Position numbers and translations under genes: made by a program. The notes below the pieces were generated by a model, which did no database searches, was not told the DNA's origin, and saw only the letters and a list, made by a program, of their open reading frames with translations. Below are positions 1-9,615 of a stretch of DNA of 64,000 bases, one piece after another. Source of the stretch: a virus; the IMG/VR virus record IMGVR_UViG_3300027779_000018, positions 1-64,000 of that record; one strand, 5' to 3'. The number at the start of each line of letters is the position of its first letter. The stretch's first letter is position 1.

Positions 1-2
1 AA

Positions 3-584
3 GACATCGCAAAAGATTACCCAGTTTCACTTGCACAAGCAAAAGAATTTCTTAAAGATTACTACGGTCAGAAGAAAGGTTCTAGAAAAGAAGCTTCAGA
101 AGGTAAAATGGATGGTTCTAAATTAACAGGACAAGAGATATCCTCTTACTTCAAACGTAACAAAGTTGCAGATAAGACAACAAGAAAAGCAATTGAGATT
201 GCACTCGATCATGGTGGTGCATTGAACTTTGCAATGAAAGAAATCGAAAAACTTAAAAGAGGTCTTACCAAAAATAAAGACGTTAAGAAAGCATTGAACT
301 ATGCAAACTATGGTGAGGCTTATAGAGTAGAATCAGTAGGATTTCAATTCAAAGAAGATTCTCCAATTGCAGGTGATATCAAAGATGTAGCAATATCAGA
401 AGACCCTTACACTCCCCAAAAGAAGGGAGTTAACAAGAACATTGCAAACTACTGGAAGAAACTAGGATTTAAGAAAGATTCAGAACTAGAAAAGATTCAG
501 TCAATGTACACGATAACAGATCATAATGGTGTTGTTGCAATGTATAAAGCAGGGAAAAGAGAGTTCGAAAAGTCCGTCCGATAA
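3..584 (+). CDS. Hypothetical (probable virion/internal head) protein, 5'-truncated
   Basis: Frame of ORF 108..584 is open back to the window start; Lys/Glu-rich; lies in the late gene block. Confidence 0.6.
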   Translation, partial: DIAKDYPVSLAQAKEFLKDYYGQKKGSRKEASEGKMDGSKLTGQEISSYFKRNKVADKTTRKAIEIALDHGGALNFAMKEIEKLKRGLTKNKDVKKALNYANYGEAYRVESVGFQFKEDSPIAGDIKDVAISEDPYTPQKKGVNKNIANYWKKLGFKKDSELEKIQSMYTITDHNGVVAMYKAGKREFEKSVR

Positions 585-607
585 TAAGACCTAAATATTA
601 ACAGGAG

Positions 608-898
608 TTGATGTTGACAACTGAAGAGATTATGGAAAAGCACGGTACAGGAAGTCAGTACGTTGTTCGTACTTTCACGGATTCTGTGACCAAGGAAGAG
701 CTACAAGCTTTTCGGACAAGAAGTGAAAGTCTTGGGTATAAAGAATCTCAATCAACACATATATTAGAAGGACATGGGTGGAAGATGAAGGAACATGGTT
801 ATCTTCCAATTAATATTGAAAGAGGAAAGGACTGTATAATCAAAGGAAGCCTTATAAAAGGCCTCGATGATCTAGTAGTCAGAATTCAAATAACATAA
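608..898 (+). CDS. Hypothetical protein
   Basis: 96-aa ORF with AGGAG RBS and an upstream CTAAATA motif. Confidence 0.6.
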   Translation: MMLTTEEIMEKHGTGSQYVVRTFTDSVTKEELQAFRTRSESLGYKESQSTHILEGHGWKMKEHGYLPINIERGKDCIIKGSLIKGLDDLVVRIQIT

Positions 899-906
899 AT
901 AAAGAT

Positions 907-1227
907 ATGGTACATAAAACAGAAAATTGGCAAGAAGCTTTACTGAGAGTTCGACAAGGGTTGAATGAAAACAAAGAGCCTGTTGTTAAGACAGAGGATG
1001 AGATCATCTTGGAAGAGATTGATGCTCTGATAGGTCTTTTAGAGGAAGATAATGTTGCATCCGAAGCAATAGAAGAGTCACCAATTGTTGAAGAAGAGGT
1101 TGTAAAACCTGTTTCTAAATTACTTGAAAAGAACATGTTAGGTAGACTTGCAAAGTCTATGGAACTTACAGAAGAAAACAAAACAAAATTATTCGATTAT
1201 TTCGAATCAGGAGAGTTAGAACAATGA
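907..1227 (+). CDS. Acidic hypothetical (prohead core-like) protein
   Basis: Glu-rich ORF after a CATAAATA late-promoter-like motif. Confidence 0.6.
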   Translation: MVHKTENWQEALLRVRQGLNENKEPVVKTEDEIILEEIDALIGLLEEDNVASEAIEESPIVEEEVVKPVSKLLEKNMLGRLAKSMELTEENKTKLFDYFESGELEQ

Positions 1228-1640
1228 GTTTTACAGGATATAAATTAGGTTTAACCGATTCACTAATCGAAGCATCAAAGAAAGTTGTAGAGTCATCTGC
1301 AGCTTACAAGAAGTTTTTTGACGGTGTATTAAAGAAATTTGGTGTCACTTCCCCAGCAGAGTTATCAGGTGATAAGAAGAAGGAATTCTTTGACTACATC
1401 GATAAGAACTGGAATGGTGAAGATGAAGCTGGTAAAGACGGTGCCAAAGAAGAAGTCAAAGAAGGTGAACTTCCACCTGCGTTAAAAAAGGCTATTGCTA
1501 AGAAGAAGGGTGAAGACGAAGATTCTGAAGAAGAAGAAGTTAAAGAGGGTGAACTTCCCCCAGCCTTAAAGAAAGCAATTGCTAAGAAGAAGGGTGAAGA
1601 CGAAGATTCTGAAGAAGACGAAGACAAAAAGGAAGACTAA
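1224..1640 (+). CDS. Charged hypothetical virion protein with 28-aa tandem repeat
   Basis: ATGA overlap, GGAG RBS; EVKEGELPPALKKAIAKKKGEDEDSEE present twice. Confidence 0.7.
   Translation: MSFTGYKLGLTDSLIEASKKVVESSAAYKKFFDGVLKKFGVTSPAELSGDKKKEFFDYIDKNWNGEDEAGKDGAKEEVKEGELPPALKKAIAKKKGEDEDSEEEEVKEGELPPALKKAIAKKKGEDEDSEEDEDKKED
1449..1616 (+). repeat. Two 84-bp in-frame tandem repeats
   Basis: Copies offset by 84 nt (GTC at 1455, GTT at 1539) with synonymous differences. Confidence 0.9.
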
Positions 1641-1645
1641 TTCTC

Positions 1646-2191
1646 ATGGAACGAGTTGACGCAAGGTACAAGTCTTTTAAAGAGAAGGTTAAAAAACTTG
1701 GTTACATGAAGGGTGAGGCAAAGAAAGTTGCCGCTGTCATGGAGAAGGTTGCGGATTTTGGAATGATGTCAGATGCCGGCAATATTAAAATTGCAAGAGC
1801 AGTGGCAAAAGCCAAGAACGAAAAAGAATTAAGAACTGCATTAGATAAAATTGCCTCTATGGCAGGTGGAAAATATGCAGAGGCAGGAGAAGACGATGTA
1901 ATCCAAAGAGCAGTTTGGGCATTATCATCAACTGCAACAGGAATCCAATTACGACCCGATGCACAGGTATTAATGCAATTGAAGAAATTGATTGATACTA
2001 AAAGAGATCAAGACATCAGGACGGATGATATGAAGAAAGTGAAGGTAAAAGCAGCCGATGCAGAGAAAGTTCATGACGTATTAATGCAACTTAAGACACC
2101 TGTTCGGTCTAAATACCTTAGACTATTACAGAAAGACATAAAGTCTTTCAAAACAACATTTGCTGGTATACTAAAAGTAGCCAATAGATAA
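1646..2191 (+). CDS. Hypothetical protein
   Basis: 181-aa Lys-rich ORF, co-oriented with neighbours. Confidence 0.65.
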   Translation: MERVDARYKSFKEKVKKLGYMKGEAKKVAAVMEKVADFGMMSDAGNIKIARAVAKAKNEKELRTALDKIASMAGGKYAEAGEDDVIQRAVWALSSTATGIQLRPDAQVLMQLKKLIDTKRDQDIRTDDMKKVKVKAADAEKVHDVLMQLKTPVRSKYLRLLQKDIKSFKTTFAGILKVANR

Positions 2192-2205
2192 ACGGAGATA
2201 AGAAA

Positions 2206-2745
2206 ATGGCATTATGGGGATTAAACGACGCTGGGAAACCATCGTACTTAACACAAACAGATAAGAACAACACTGTGGCCAAACCACATGGTTGGGAATT
2301 ACAAAAAACAGTAGGTTCAAGAACTCAAACAGAAACATTGGTTTGTGTTGGAAGTTCAACTAACCTATCTACTTCTCTAGCAGAAGCAACTATTAACTCA
2401 GTACACTTTGGTGCATCTACATATGCTCAAGCCGCAGCTGGTATAGTAACAGTTGTTTACAACGAATTAGTCAATGTGACTAACGGTGCTACTCTTGCAG
2501 TAACAGGTTCAGTAACAGGTGCTGTTACAGCGACTGCAGCTGCACACACTTCAGACAACACTGTTAACTTCGCATTCACTGTTCCATCACAAACTGAAAC
2601 ACTTACAATCGGTGCTCAGACTATTAGTGGAACAATCGTTGATTCAGCAGGTGGTGCAACATCCGACAAAGTATTTGTCGCAGGTGATGTAATTGATGCT
2701 GGTGGTGCTGGAACTGGTGGAACTGCTACAATAGCAGTTGCATAA
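2206..2745 (+). CDS. Putative virion structural protein (MALWG-type)
   Basis: Thr/Ala/Gly/Val-rich; MALWG N-terminus typical of marine T4-like structural proteins; GGAG RBS. Confidence 0.6.
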   Translation: MALWGLNDAGKPSYLTQTDKNNTVAKPHGWELQKTVGSRTQTETLVCVGSSTNLSTSLAEATINSVHFGASTYAQAAAGIVTVVYNELVNVTNGATLAVTGSVTGAVTATAAAHTSDNTVNFAFTVPSQTETLTIGAQTISGTIVDSAGGATSDKVFVAGDVIDAGGAGTGGTATIAVA

Positions 2746-2760
2746 CATTAAGGTGACATT

Positions 2761-3024
2761 ATGAAATTAAATGTATTAGGAACAGAAGCTGCTTGTGGAA
2801 CATCCAGTGGAAATGGTGCAAATTTCGGAACTGCAACAGCAGTAAGAGTACATAACTCAGGAGCCTCTGCAAGATTAGTATCTGTAGAGACTGCTGCAGC
2901 TGCTCTAATCGGAACCTTTACACTAGGTGTTGGTAAGACAGAGATAATTTCAAAAGCCTCTACAGACGAAGTATTTGCAGCTCACGCTGAAGTACTTGCA
3001 GTTAAAGTAGGAATAATAGGATAA
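2761..3024 (+). CDS. Small putative structural protein
   Basis: Ala/Gly/Thr-rich 87-aa ORF, AAGG RBS. Confidence 0.6.
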   Translation: MKLNVLGTEAACGTSSGNGANFGTATAVRVHNSGASARLVSVETAAAALIGTFTLGVGKTEIISKASTDEVFAAHAEVLAVKVGIIG

Positions 3025-3028
3025 TAAT

Positions 3029-3430
3029 ATGAAAAATTTTAGAGACTTTATTACAGAATACCATGACATTGGAGCAGCAGGATTATCATCAACTCATATT
3101 CCCCATGATTTGAGTGACCCTGATGTTAAATCAAGGATTAATGCCGTCCTTGGTCATTGTGCAGTCGCTGAATTTATGAACCCAATGGCTGCAGTCGGTC
3201 AGATTGAAGCAAAACTTGCTCAATTAGGTCTACAAAAAGCAGGAGAGTTTGCAGAGGTCACTGAAAGTGGTACTTACAATATTGGATTCAAAAGATACGG
3301 TGACATTTTTGGAAAGACTGTAGATACACCACACGACCAGTTTGATAACGAGACCCAAGTTGTCGGACTTTCACTCAAAGTTGAAAAATTAGAAAGTGGT
3401 TCATTTAAAGTATACGGTTCATTAGTCTAA
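3029..3430 (+). CDS. Hypothetical protein
   Basis: MKNFRDFITE N-terminus resembles T4-like capsid-targeting leaders (MK-x-F-x-x-F-I-x-E). Confidence 0.6.
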   Translation: MKNFRDFITEYHDIGAAGLSSTHIPHDLSDPDVKSRINAVLGHCAVAEFMNPMAAVGQIEAKLAQLGLQKAGEFAEVTESGTYNIGFKRYGDIFGKTVDTPHDQFDNETQVVGLSLKVEKLESGSFKVYGSLV

Positions 3431-3466
3431 ATACTAACATTAGATTAACTACATTATGAGTATATT

Positions 3467-3838
3467 ATGGGTCTGTTTGACAAATTAACAGTTAAAAACT
3501 TTGGTGCGTTCGCACTACAACACTACGATGACCCTCAATGTTCAGACATTGAGGAATTCCAAGAAGACTTACGAAGGTTTAGATACCTAAAAAGACTTCT
3601 ACATCGTTATCATGAAGCAGGAGAATTAAGAGAAAGACTCATGCTCAACCACCTCATTACCATATTCAATGTCTTCGGATACGATGCATCAATGAGGATG
3701 TTGGACTTTAAAATCAAAGAAGATTCATACTGGCCATCCATCAAAACAATGTTACTATACCTAGGTTATATCACAGAATCGTGGAACACAGATGTTCCGA
3801 TAGACGATGAACTTGCACAAAGATTAAGAGATTTATAA
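3467..3838 (+). CDS. Conserved T4-like phage hypothetical protein
   Basis: YDDPQC..EEFQEDL.RFRYLKRLL..GELRERL.LNH motif typical of marine T4-like core genes. Confidence 0.75.
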   Translation: MGLFDKLTVKNFGAFALQHYDDPQCSDIEEFQEDLRRFRYLKRLLHRYHEAGELRERLMLNHLITIFNVFGYDASMRMLDFKIKEDSYWPSIKTMLLYLGYITESWNTDVPIDDELAQRLRDL

Positions 3839-3914
3839 GCCCGAATAGCTCAGCAGATAGAGCGCCACACTTGTAATGTGGATGTCGGGGGTTTGATTCC
3901 CTCTTCGGGCTCCA
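3839..3914 (+). tRNA. tRNA-Thr(UGU)
   Basis: Cloverleaf: acceptor GCCCGAA/TTCGGGC, anticodon arm CCACA-CTTGTAA-TGTGG, encoded CCA end. Confidence 0.92.
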
Positions 3915-3954
3915 TTTCTCCATTTTGAGGGGTTTAATTCACCTAAATAGATAT

Positions 3955-4515
3955 ATGAGAATAGTAGATACATTAATAGTGTTCCGAATTTTAAAGTTGT
4001 TAACCACACCTTGGATAAAATTTGACGCATTCAAACTTGGTCTTATTGATAAAAATGGTCATAGACTTAAGGATAAGAAGGTTGAATCTAATGACGAAAA
4101 ACAGGCATTTTCGGTATTACATAGATTAGTATTCAATCTAAAGAGAATTCTAAACAAAGTTCCTTTTGGGAAGACTGCATTTGCATCATACGCTGTTGCA
4201 CTACTATTGTTGAAAGAAGAGACAAATCTAGATGAAGAACAAATGGATGAATTATGTGAGAAATTTTATCACTATATCAAGAAGGAACACTTCCTTACCA
4301 ATGAAATGATTACTGAAACACTTGATATTCCTGAAGTGTTAGTTAATTGTGATTACCGTCTGAAAAGACCTCTTAAAGAACAAAACGATACAACATATCT
4401 TGCTAAAACCCCCATTCGTATACTAGCTGAACACAGTATGGTGTTTGGACTGAAAGTATATGTGGGTTATATTGATATGGATCGTGTACTGGTAACTGGC
4501 GATGACTTATACTAA
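3955..4515 (+). CDS. Conserved T4-like hypothetical protein
   Basis: DTLIVFRILKLLTTPW..FDAFKLGLID.NG motif; ATG 3955 follows CTAAATA. Confidence 0.7.
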   Translation: MRIVDTLIVFRILKLLTTPWIKFDAFKLGLIDKNGHRLKDKKVESNDEKQAFSVLHRLVFNLKRILNKVPFGKTAFASYAVALLLLKEETNLDEEQMDELCEKFYHYIKKEHFLTNEMITETLDIPEVLVNCDYRLKRPLKEQNDTTYLAKTPIRILAEHSMVFGLKVYVGYIDMDRVLVTGDDLY

Positions 4516-4768
4516 AGAAAGTAGAACAAGAATGGCCCTGAAACCTTCCTCATGGGAAGATCGTCAAAAAATGTCTAAAAATGTAAGAGCAGACTTTTGG
4601 AAACAATTCAAGAAAATTAAAAAAGAAGACAACAGGAAAACACTTAAGGTTTGGGAAGATGCACCGATGAATGCAACAGGTGGAGCAGTATCCACAGACC
4701 AACCAATAGTGAGAAAAAAGAAGAAAAAAGGCATGTATAATGCCGAGGTGTTAAGACGGAAACCTTAA
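4502..4768 (+). CDS. Basic hypothetical protein
   Basis: WEDAPMNATG motif, overlaps the upstream gene. Confidence 0.55.
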   Translation: MTYTKESRTRMALKPSSWEDRQKMSKNVRADFWKQFKKIKKEDNRKTLKVWEDAPMNATGGAVSTDQPIVRKKKKKGMYNAEVLRRKP

Positions 4769-4779
4769 CGGATTAAATT

Positions 4780-5958
4780 ATGAAATATTTGAATTACTTA
4801 GCCTTGCTAACAGCATTAGGGATCGCAGGAATCGCTGCATACTTTTCTGTATTGGGTCTTGCAACCATATTTGCTGGTGCATTCATGGGTATTGTTATCA
4901 TGGCAGGTGCATTAGAATTCGGTAAGATCGTTTCAGCTGCTTACCTTCATCTATTTTGGGATAGACTAACATGGACGAAGTACTTCATGACCCTTATGGT
5001 GGTCGTTCTCATGCTAATCACATCATTGGGTATATTCGGATACCTATCTAAAGCACATTCAGAACAAACTGGTGATACTGCACAAGCACAATCAGTAGTA
5101 ACTCGAATTGAGAATCAAATCCTTCGAGAAGAAAACAAAATTGAAACTTACGAAGGACGTATTGTTACACTAGGTGTATCAACTATTGATGTAAGTGCAT
5201 CAATATCCCAACAGGAAGAGATCAGAGATGGTGCATGGACACGAGTTCAAGGGGATATTGACTATGCAAAAGGTCAGATTGAATCACTGAGAGGTGAATT
5301 AAGTACACTTAATGAAACAGTGGCCACTTTAAGAAACAAAGGTATCCAAACAGTTATCCTAGATGAAGGTGGGTTATTTGCATCAGCAGATATCGAGAAG
5401 ATTGATTATGTTGCACAAGCAAACACTCTATTCACACAACAGTCACCTCAGAGAATACAAATCAGAGATGACATAGGTGAACAACAGGCTAACATTGACT
5501 CTTACAGAAGTCAAGCACAAGACACCATCAACACTGCAAACAGTGAAATCAAGGCCTTGCAAACATCCTCTACAGGAGATGTGGATGACCTTATTGCAAA
5601 GACAGAAGAATTCAACTTGTTAATAGATGCGTCTTATGATACAATAGATGAGTACAAGGATGAGATGTTTGAAAGTAAACAGATTATTCTTACATTGGAA
5701 AGAGAAGTAGGCCCGATTAAGTACATTGCAGAAGTGATGTATGGCCAAGAGGAATCTGTCAAGTACCTTGACAACGCTGTTCGGTGGGTCATTTACATGT
5801 TAATCTTTGTGTTCGACCCCCTTGCAGTGTTATTATTAATTAGTAGTGCAGGCCAAATCCACAGAAGAATTGAACAAGAAAAACCTATAATAAATGAGAC
5901 AAGATATGTACTTCAAATCCCAAAAAACCGTGTTAAGAACATGGAAAATACTAAATAA
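4780..5958 (+). CDS. Membrane-anchored coiled-coil protein
   Basis: Three N-terminal TM segments, long helical middle, C-terminal TM with EVGPIKYIAE..VFDPLAVLL. Confidence 0.75.
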   Translation: MKYLNYLALLTALGIAGIAAYFSVLGLATIFAGAFMGIVIMAGALEFGKIVSAAYLHLFWDRLTWTKYFMTLMVVVLMLITSLGIFGYLSKAHSEQTGDTAQAQSVVTRIENQILREENKIETYEGRIVTLGVSTIDVSASISQQEEIRDGAWTRVQGDIDYAKGQIESLRGELSTLNETVATLRNKGIQTVILDEGGLFASADIEKIDYVAQANTLFTQQSPQRIQIRDDIGEQQANIDSYRSQAQDTINTANSEIKALQTSSTGDVDDLIAKTEEFNLLIDASYDTIDEYKDEMFESKQIILTLEREVGPIKYIAEVMYGQEESVKYLDNAVRWVIYMLIFVFDPLAVLLLISSAGQIHRRIEQEKPIINETRYVLQIPKNRVKNMENTK

Positions 5959-5994
5959 GAGTAATTAACACTAATACCTTTAGAGGAAAATAAA

Positions 5995-6207
5995 ATGCCA
6001 TTCGTAGAAAAAACAGTAGAAGAAATCCAAGCTTTGTCTCGTGCAGATAAAAAAGCATGGTTAGAAGGTGACGGAGCTCCTGTTAAACCAACAGGATATG
6101 ATGACCTTGCAGTAGACGATGGTGCTAGACTGGCTTATGACGCCTCAGCAGCCACCACTGCAGCCCAAATCGCAGGTGTCGTTGACGCTATCGCAAACGC
6201 AGACTAG
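5995..6207 (+). CDS. Small hypothetical protein
   Basis: GAGG RBS, 70 aa. Confidence 0.65.
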   Translation: MPFVEKTVEEIQALSRADKKAWLEGDGAPVKPTGYDDLAVDDGARLAYDASAATTAAQIAGVVDAIANAD

Positions 6208-6268
6208 TACAACTATCTAACTAAAAACATCTTGTAAAAACGCATATACTATAGTATACTATGGGTAT

Positions 6269-7318
6269 ATGCTGTGGTTAGAGAAAAAATACTTATCGAT
6301 GGTCGTGTCCTCACTGGACATGGCAAAATGGAAGGGTGATACCACCCTTAACCATCGCTGTCTCTATTGTGGAGACTCATCAAAAAATACCCATAAAGCA
6401 CGAGGATATCACTTTGTCAAAGATCAAAGTTTTATCTATAAGTGTCATAATTGTGGTAAATCTACTAGTACAATTCAATTTCTGAAAGACCATTTCAGTG
6501 TCATACACAAAGAATACATGAGAGAGTGGTTGATAGAAACTGGAGTGAAAACTCGTCAACCAAAAATGCCTTCTTCTAACGAATTTAAGTTCAAACCAGC
6601 CATTCCAGTAGAAGAAGAATCCCTAAATAAAAATAATATTATGTCTGTTGAAAACCTTAAGTTTCTGATGAAACCTTGTAGTGAGGTTCATGAAGCACGA
6701 GAGTATTTACAGGATAGGTTGATACCTGAAGTCCATTATAAAGACCTATGGTTCACTAAAACCCCCCAATCTTTATCGATGTTATCACCGAAATACAAGG
6801 ACAGGGTTTTGGGTAATGACCCTAGAATAATAATACCGTTTCTAGATGAAAATGAACAGTTAATTGGGTTAAGTGGTCGTGCAATTAATGACAGTCCATT
6901 ACGATATATGACCATGAAATTTCATGAAGAAGTTCCCCTTATCTACAACCTACATAAGGTAGATAAATCAAAAACTATCTATGTAACAGAAGGCCCAATA
7001 GATAGTTTATTCCTACCTAACAGTATAGCAGTCGGTGGTAGTGACTTCACAAAGATAGACGATAGTCTCAAAGAAAACGCAGTTTTAATATATGACAACG
7101 AACCACGGAATGGTGAAATCCTTAAGAAACTCAATCATGTAATTGAGTTAGGATTTTCTGTTTGTATATGGAACGATAGACGAGTGAACGACCTAAAAGA
7201 TATTAATGAAATGATATTAAACGGATTGACGAATGATGAAGTGGTTGATATAATAGATAACTGTACTTATACTGGGTTAAGTGCAAAAGCAAAATTTATG
7301 GAGTATAAGAAAGGATGA
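6269..7318 (+). CDS. gp61: DNA primase (T4 gp61-like)
   Basis: Zn finger CLYCGDS..CHNCG; TOPRIM motifs VTEGPIDSLF, YDNEPRN, KDINEM. Confidence 0.95.
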   Translation: MLWLEKKYLSMVVSSLDMAKWKGDTTLNHRCLYCGDSSKNTHKARGYHFVKDQSFIYKCHNCGKSTSTIQFLKDHFSVIHKEYMREWLIETGVKTRQPKMPSSNEFKFKPAIPVEEESLNKNNIMSVENLKFLMKPCSEVHEAREYLQDRLIPEVHYKDLWFTKTPQSLSMLSPKYKDRVLGNDPRIIIPFLDENEQLIGLSGRAINDSPLRYMTMKFHEEVPLIYNLHKVDKSKTIYVTEGPIDSLFLPNSIAVGGSDFTKIDDSLKENAVLIYDNEPRNGEILKKLNHVIELGFSVCIWNDRRVNDLKDINEMILNGLTNDEVVDIIDNCTYTGLSAKAKFMEYKKG

Positions 7319-9615
7319 GTCCAATGATGTTAGTTATAAAGTCAGATGGTTCTAAGGTCGGGATTGATCTAGATAAGATTCATAAGATGGTTCATAAAGC
7401 ATGTAAGAGGGTAGCAGGTGTATCCGAATCCCTAGTAGAAATGAACAGTGGTTTACAATTCTATGATGGAATAACCACTATAGACATTCAGAAGATTTTA
7501 GTTAAATCTGCATCAGACCTCATCAGTTTAGAAAACCCAAATTACCAATATGTGGCAGCCAGACTGCTGTTATTTGGAATGCAAAAACAAGTGTTTAACA
7601 CTAAGTGGAAGGACACAACCATCTATCCACCCCTTTACGACATGATTGAAAGGAACATAGGTCAAGGTGTTTATGACCCATCTATAATTACTGTCTACAC
7701 GAAGGAAGAGATAGAGAAGTGTGATACCTACATCAAACATAGTCGTGACTTAACATTTACCTATGCAGGGTTACAACAGATTGTAGACAAGTACCTAGTA
7801 CAAGATAGAAGTAATGGTCAGGTGTTTGAGACACCTCAGTTCATGTACATGTTAATTGCAATGACTCTATTTCAAAATTATGACGAAGACAGGAGATTAG
7901 ATTATGTCAAAAGATATTACGATGCAATATCCCAGTTTAAAATCAACATTCCAACACCCATTATGGCAGGGGTGCGTACACCCTTACGGCAGTTCGCATC
8001 ATGTGTACTCGTTGATTCAGATGATTCCCTCGATTCAATCTTTACGAGTGACATGGCAATCGGAAGATATGTTGCCCAAAGAGCTGGTATTGGAATTAAC
8101 GCAGGAAGAATTAGAGGACTTGGGTCAAAGATACGAGGTGGAGAAGTACAGCACACAGGTGTAATACCTTTCCTAAAGAAATTCGAGGCAACCGTAAGAA
8201 GTTGTACTCAAAATGGAGTTAGAGGTGGAAGTGCAACAGTGCATTTTCCTATCTGGCATCAAGAGATTGAGGACATACTTGTTCTCAAGAATAATAAAGG
8301 AACTGAAGATAATAGAGTCAGAAAATTAGATTACTCTATACAGATATCTAAACTGTTTTACGAGAGGTTCCTAACGAATGGGGAGATAACTTTGTTTTCT
8401 CCACATACTGTACCTAATCTTTATGAGGCATTTGGAACGGATGAGTTTGATGAATTGTATGAAAGATACGAAAGAGCAACATCTATACCAAAGACCAAAG
8501 TTAGTGCAAGAGAATTGTTTACTGATCTATTAAAAGAAAGAGCTGAGACAGGCAGAATCTATATCATGAACATAGACCATTGCAATTCTCATAGTAGTTT
8601 TCTTGACAAGATTTCGATGTCAAATCTTTGTCAGGAGATTACACTACCAACAAAACCTTTAACACATATTGATGGAGAGGGGGAAATTGCATTATGTATA
8701 TTAAGTGCAATCAATATTGGTATTATGAAACAGGACGAGCTACCCAACCTATGTGATCTAGCAGTACGAGGACTTGAGGAATTAATTGATTTCCAAGAAT
8801 ACCCTGTAGAAGCTGCTAAGAGATCAACTCTTGCAAGAAGATCACTAGGTATTGGGTACATCGGTCTTGCACATTTCCTTGCAAAAAACAAGGTCAAGTA
8901 TGATGACCCTGAAGCACACAGATTAGTCCATGAACTTACGGAGTCATTCCAGTATCATTTACTATCTGCATCAAATCAGATTGCATCAGAGAAGGGCCCA
9001 TGTGATGGGTATGAATCAACTAAGTATTCAATAGGAATCCTTCCTATAGACACATACAAGAAGGAAGTGGATGAGATTACTCCACATGTATTAAAGGAAG
9101 ATTGGGATAAATTACGAACTCGTATAAAGGTTCATGGGTTACGACACTCTACCCTCACTGCACAAATGCCCTCTGAGAGCTCCTCAGTGGTCTCTAATGC
9201 CACTAATGGAGTAGAACCACCAAGAGATTACCTGAGTGTCAAGAAGAGTAAAAAGGGAACATTGAAACAAGTGGTTCCACAATATTCAATATACAAGAAT
9301 TTTTACACTTTATTATGGGACATGAAAGACAACGATGGGTACATAAAAACGATTGCAGTTATGCAGAAGTTCTTTGACCAAGCAATCAGTGGAAACTGGT
9401 CGTATAATCCTGAGAACTACCCAAACAATGAAGTACCAGTATCAGTCCTTGCAAAGGATATGTTAACTACTTATAAATATGGATGGAAAACATCTTATTA
9501 CCAAAACACTATGGATGGTAAGACAGAAGATGTAGTAAAAGATGCAGAGCCAGTGCAATTGCAGCTTGACCCTTTTACGGACAATGAGAGTGATTGTGAT
9601 GCCTGTGCGATATAA
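7315..9615 (+). CDS. nrdA: Class Ia ribonucleotide reductase alpha subunit
   Basis: N-terminal ATP cone, PTPIMAG, SCVL, SNLCQEI, C-terminal CDACAI. Confidence 0.97.
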   Translation: MSPMMLVIKSDGSKVGIDLDKIHKMVHKACKRVAGVSESLVEMNSGLQFYDGITTIDIQKILVKSASDLISLENPNYQYVAARLLLFGMQKQVFNTKWKDTTIYPPLYDMIERNIGQGVYDPSIITVYTKEEIEKCDTYIKHSRDLTFTYAGLQQIVDKYLVQDRSNGQVFETPQFMYMLIAMTLFQNYDEDRRLDYVKRYYDAISQFKINIPTPIMAGVRTPLRQFASCVLVDSDDSLDSIFTSDMAIGRYVAQRAGIGINAGRIRGLGSKIRGGEVQHTGVIPFLKKFEATVRSCTQNGVRGGSATVHFPIWHQEIEDILVLKNNKGTEDNRVRKLDYSIQISKLFYERFLTNGEITLFSPHTVPNLYEAFGTDEFDELYERYERATSIPKTKVSARELFTDLLKERAETGRIYIMNIDHCNSHSSFLDKISMSNLCQEITLPTKPLTHIDGEGEIALCILSAINIGIMKQDELPNLCDLAVRGLEELIDFQEYPVEAAKRSTLARRSLGIGYIGLAHFLAKNKVKYDDPEAHRLVHELTESFQYHLLSASNQIASEKGPCDGYESTKYSIGILPIDTYKKEVDEITPHVLKEDWDKLRTRIKVHGLRHSTLTAQMPSESSSVVSNATNGVEPPRDYLSVKKSKKGTLKQVVPQYSIYKNFYTLLWDMKDNDGYIKTIAVMQKFFDQAISGNWSYNPENYPNNEVPVSVLAKDMLTTYKYGWKTSYYQNTMDGKTEDVVKDAEPVQLQLDPFTDNESDCDACAI

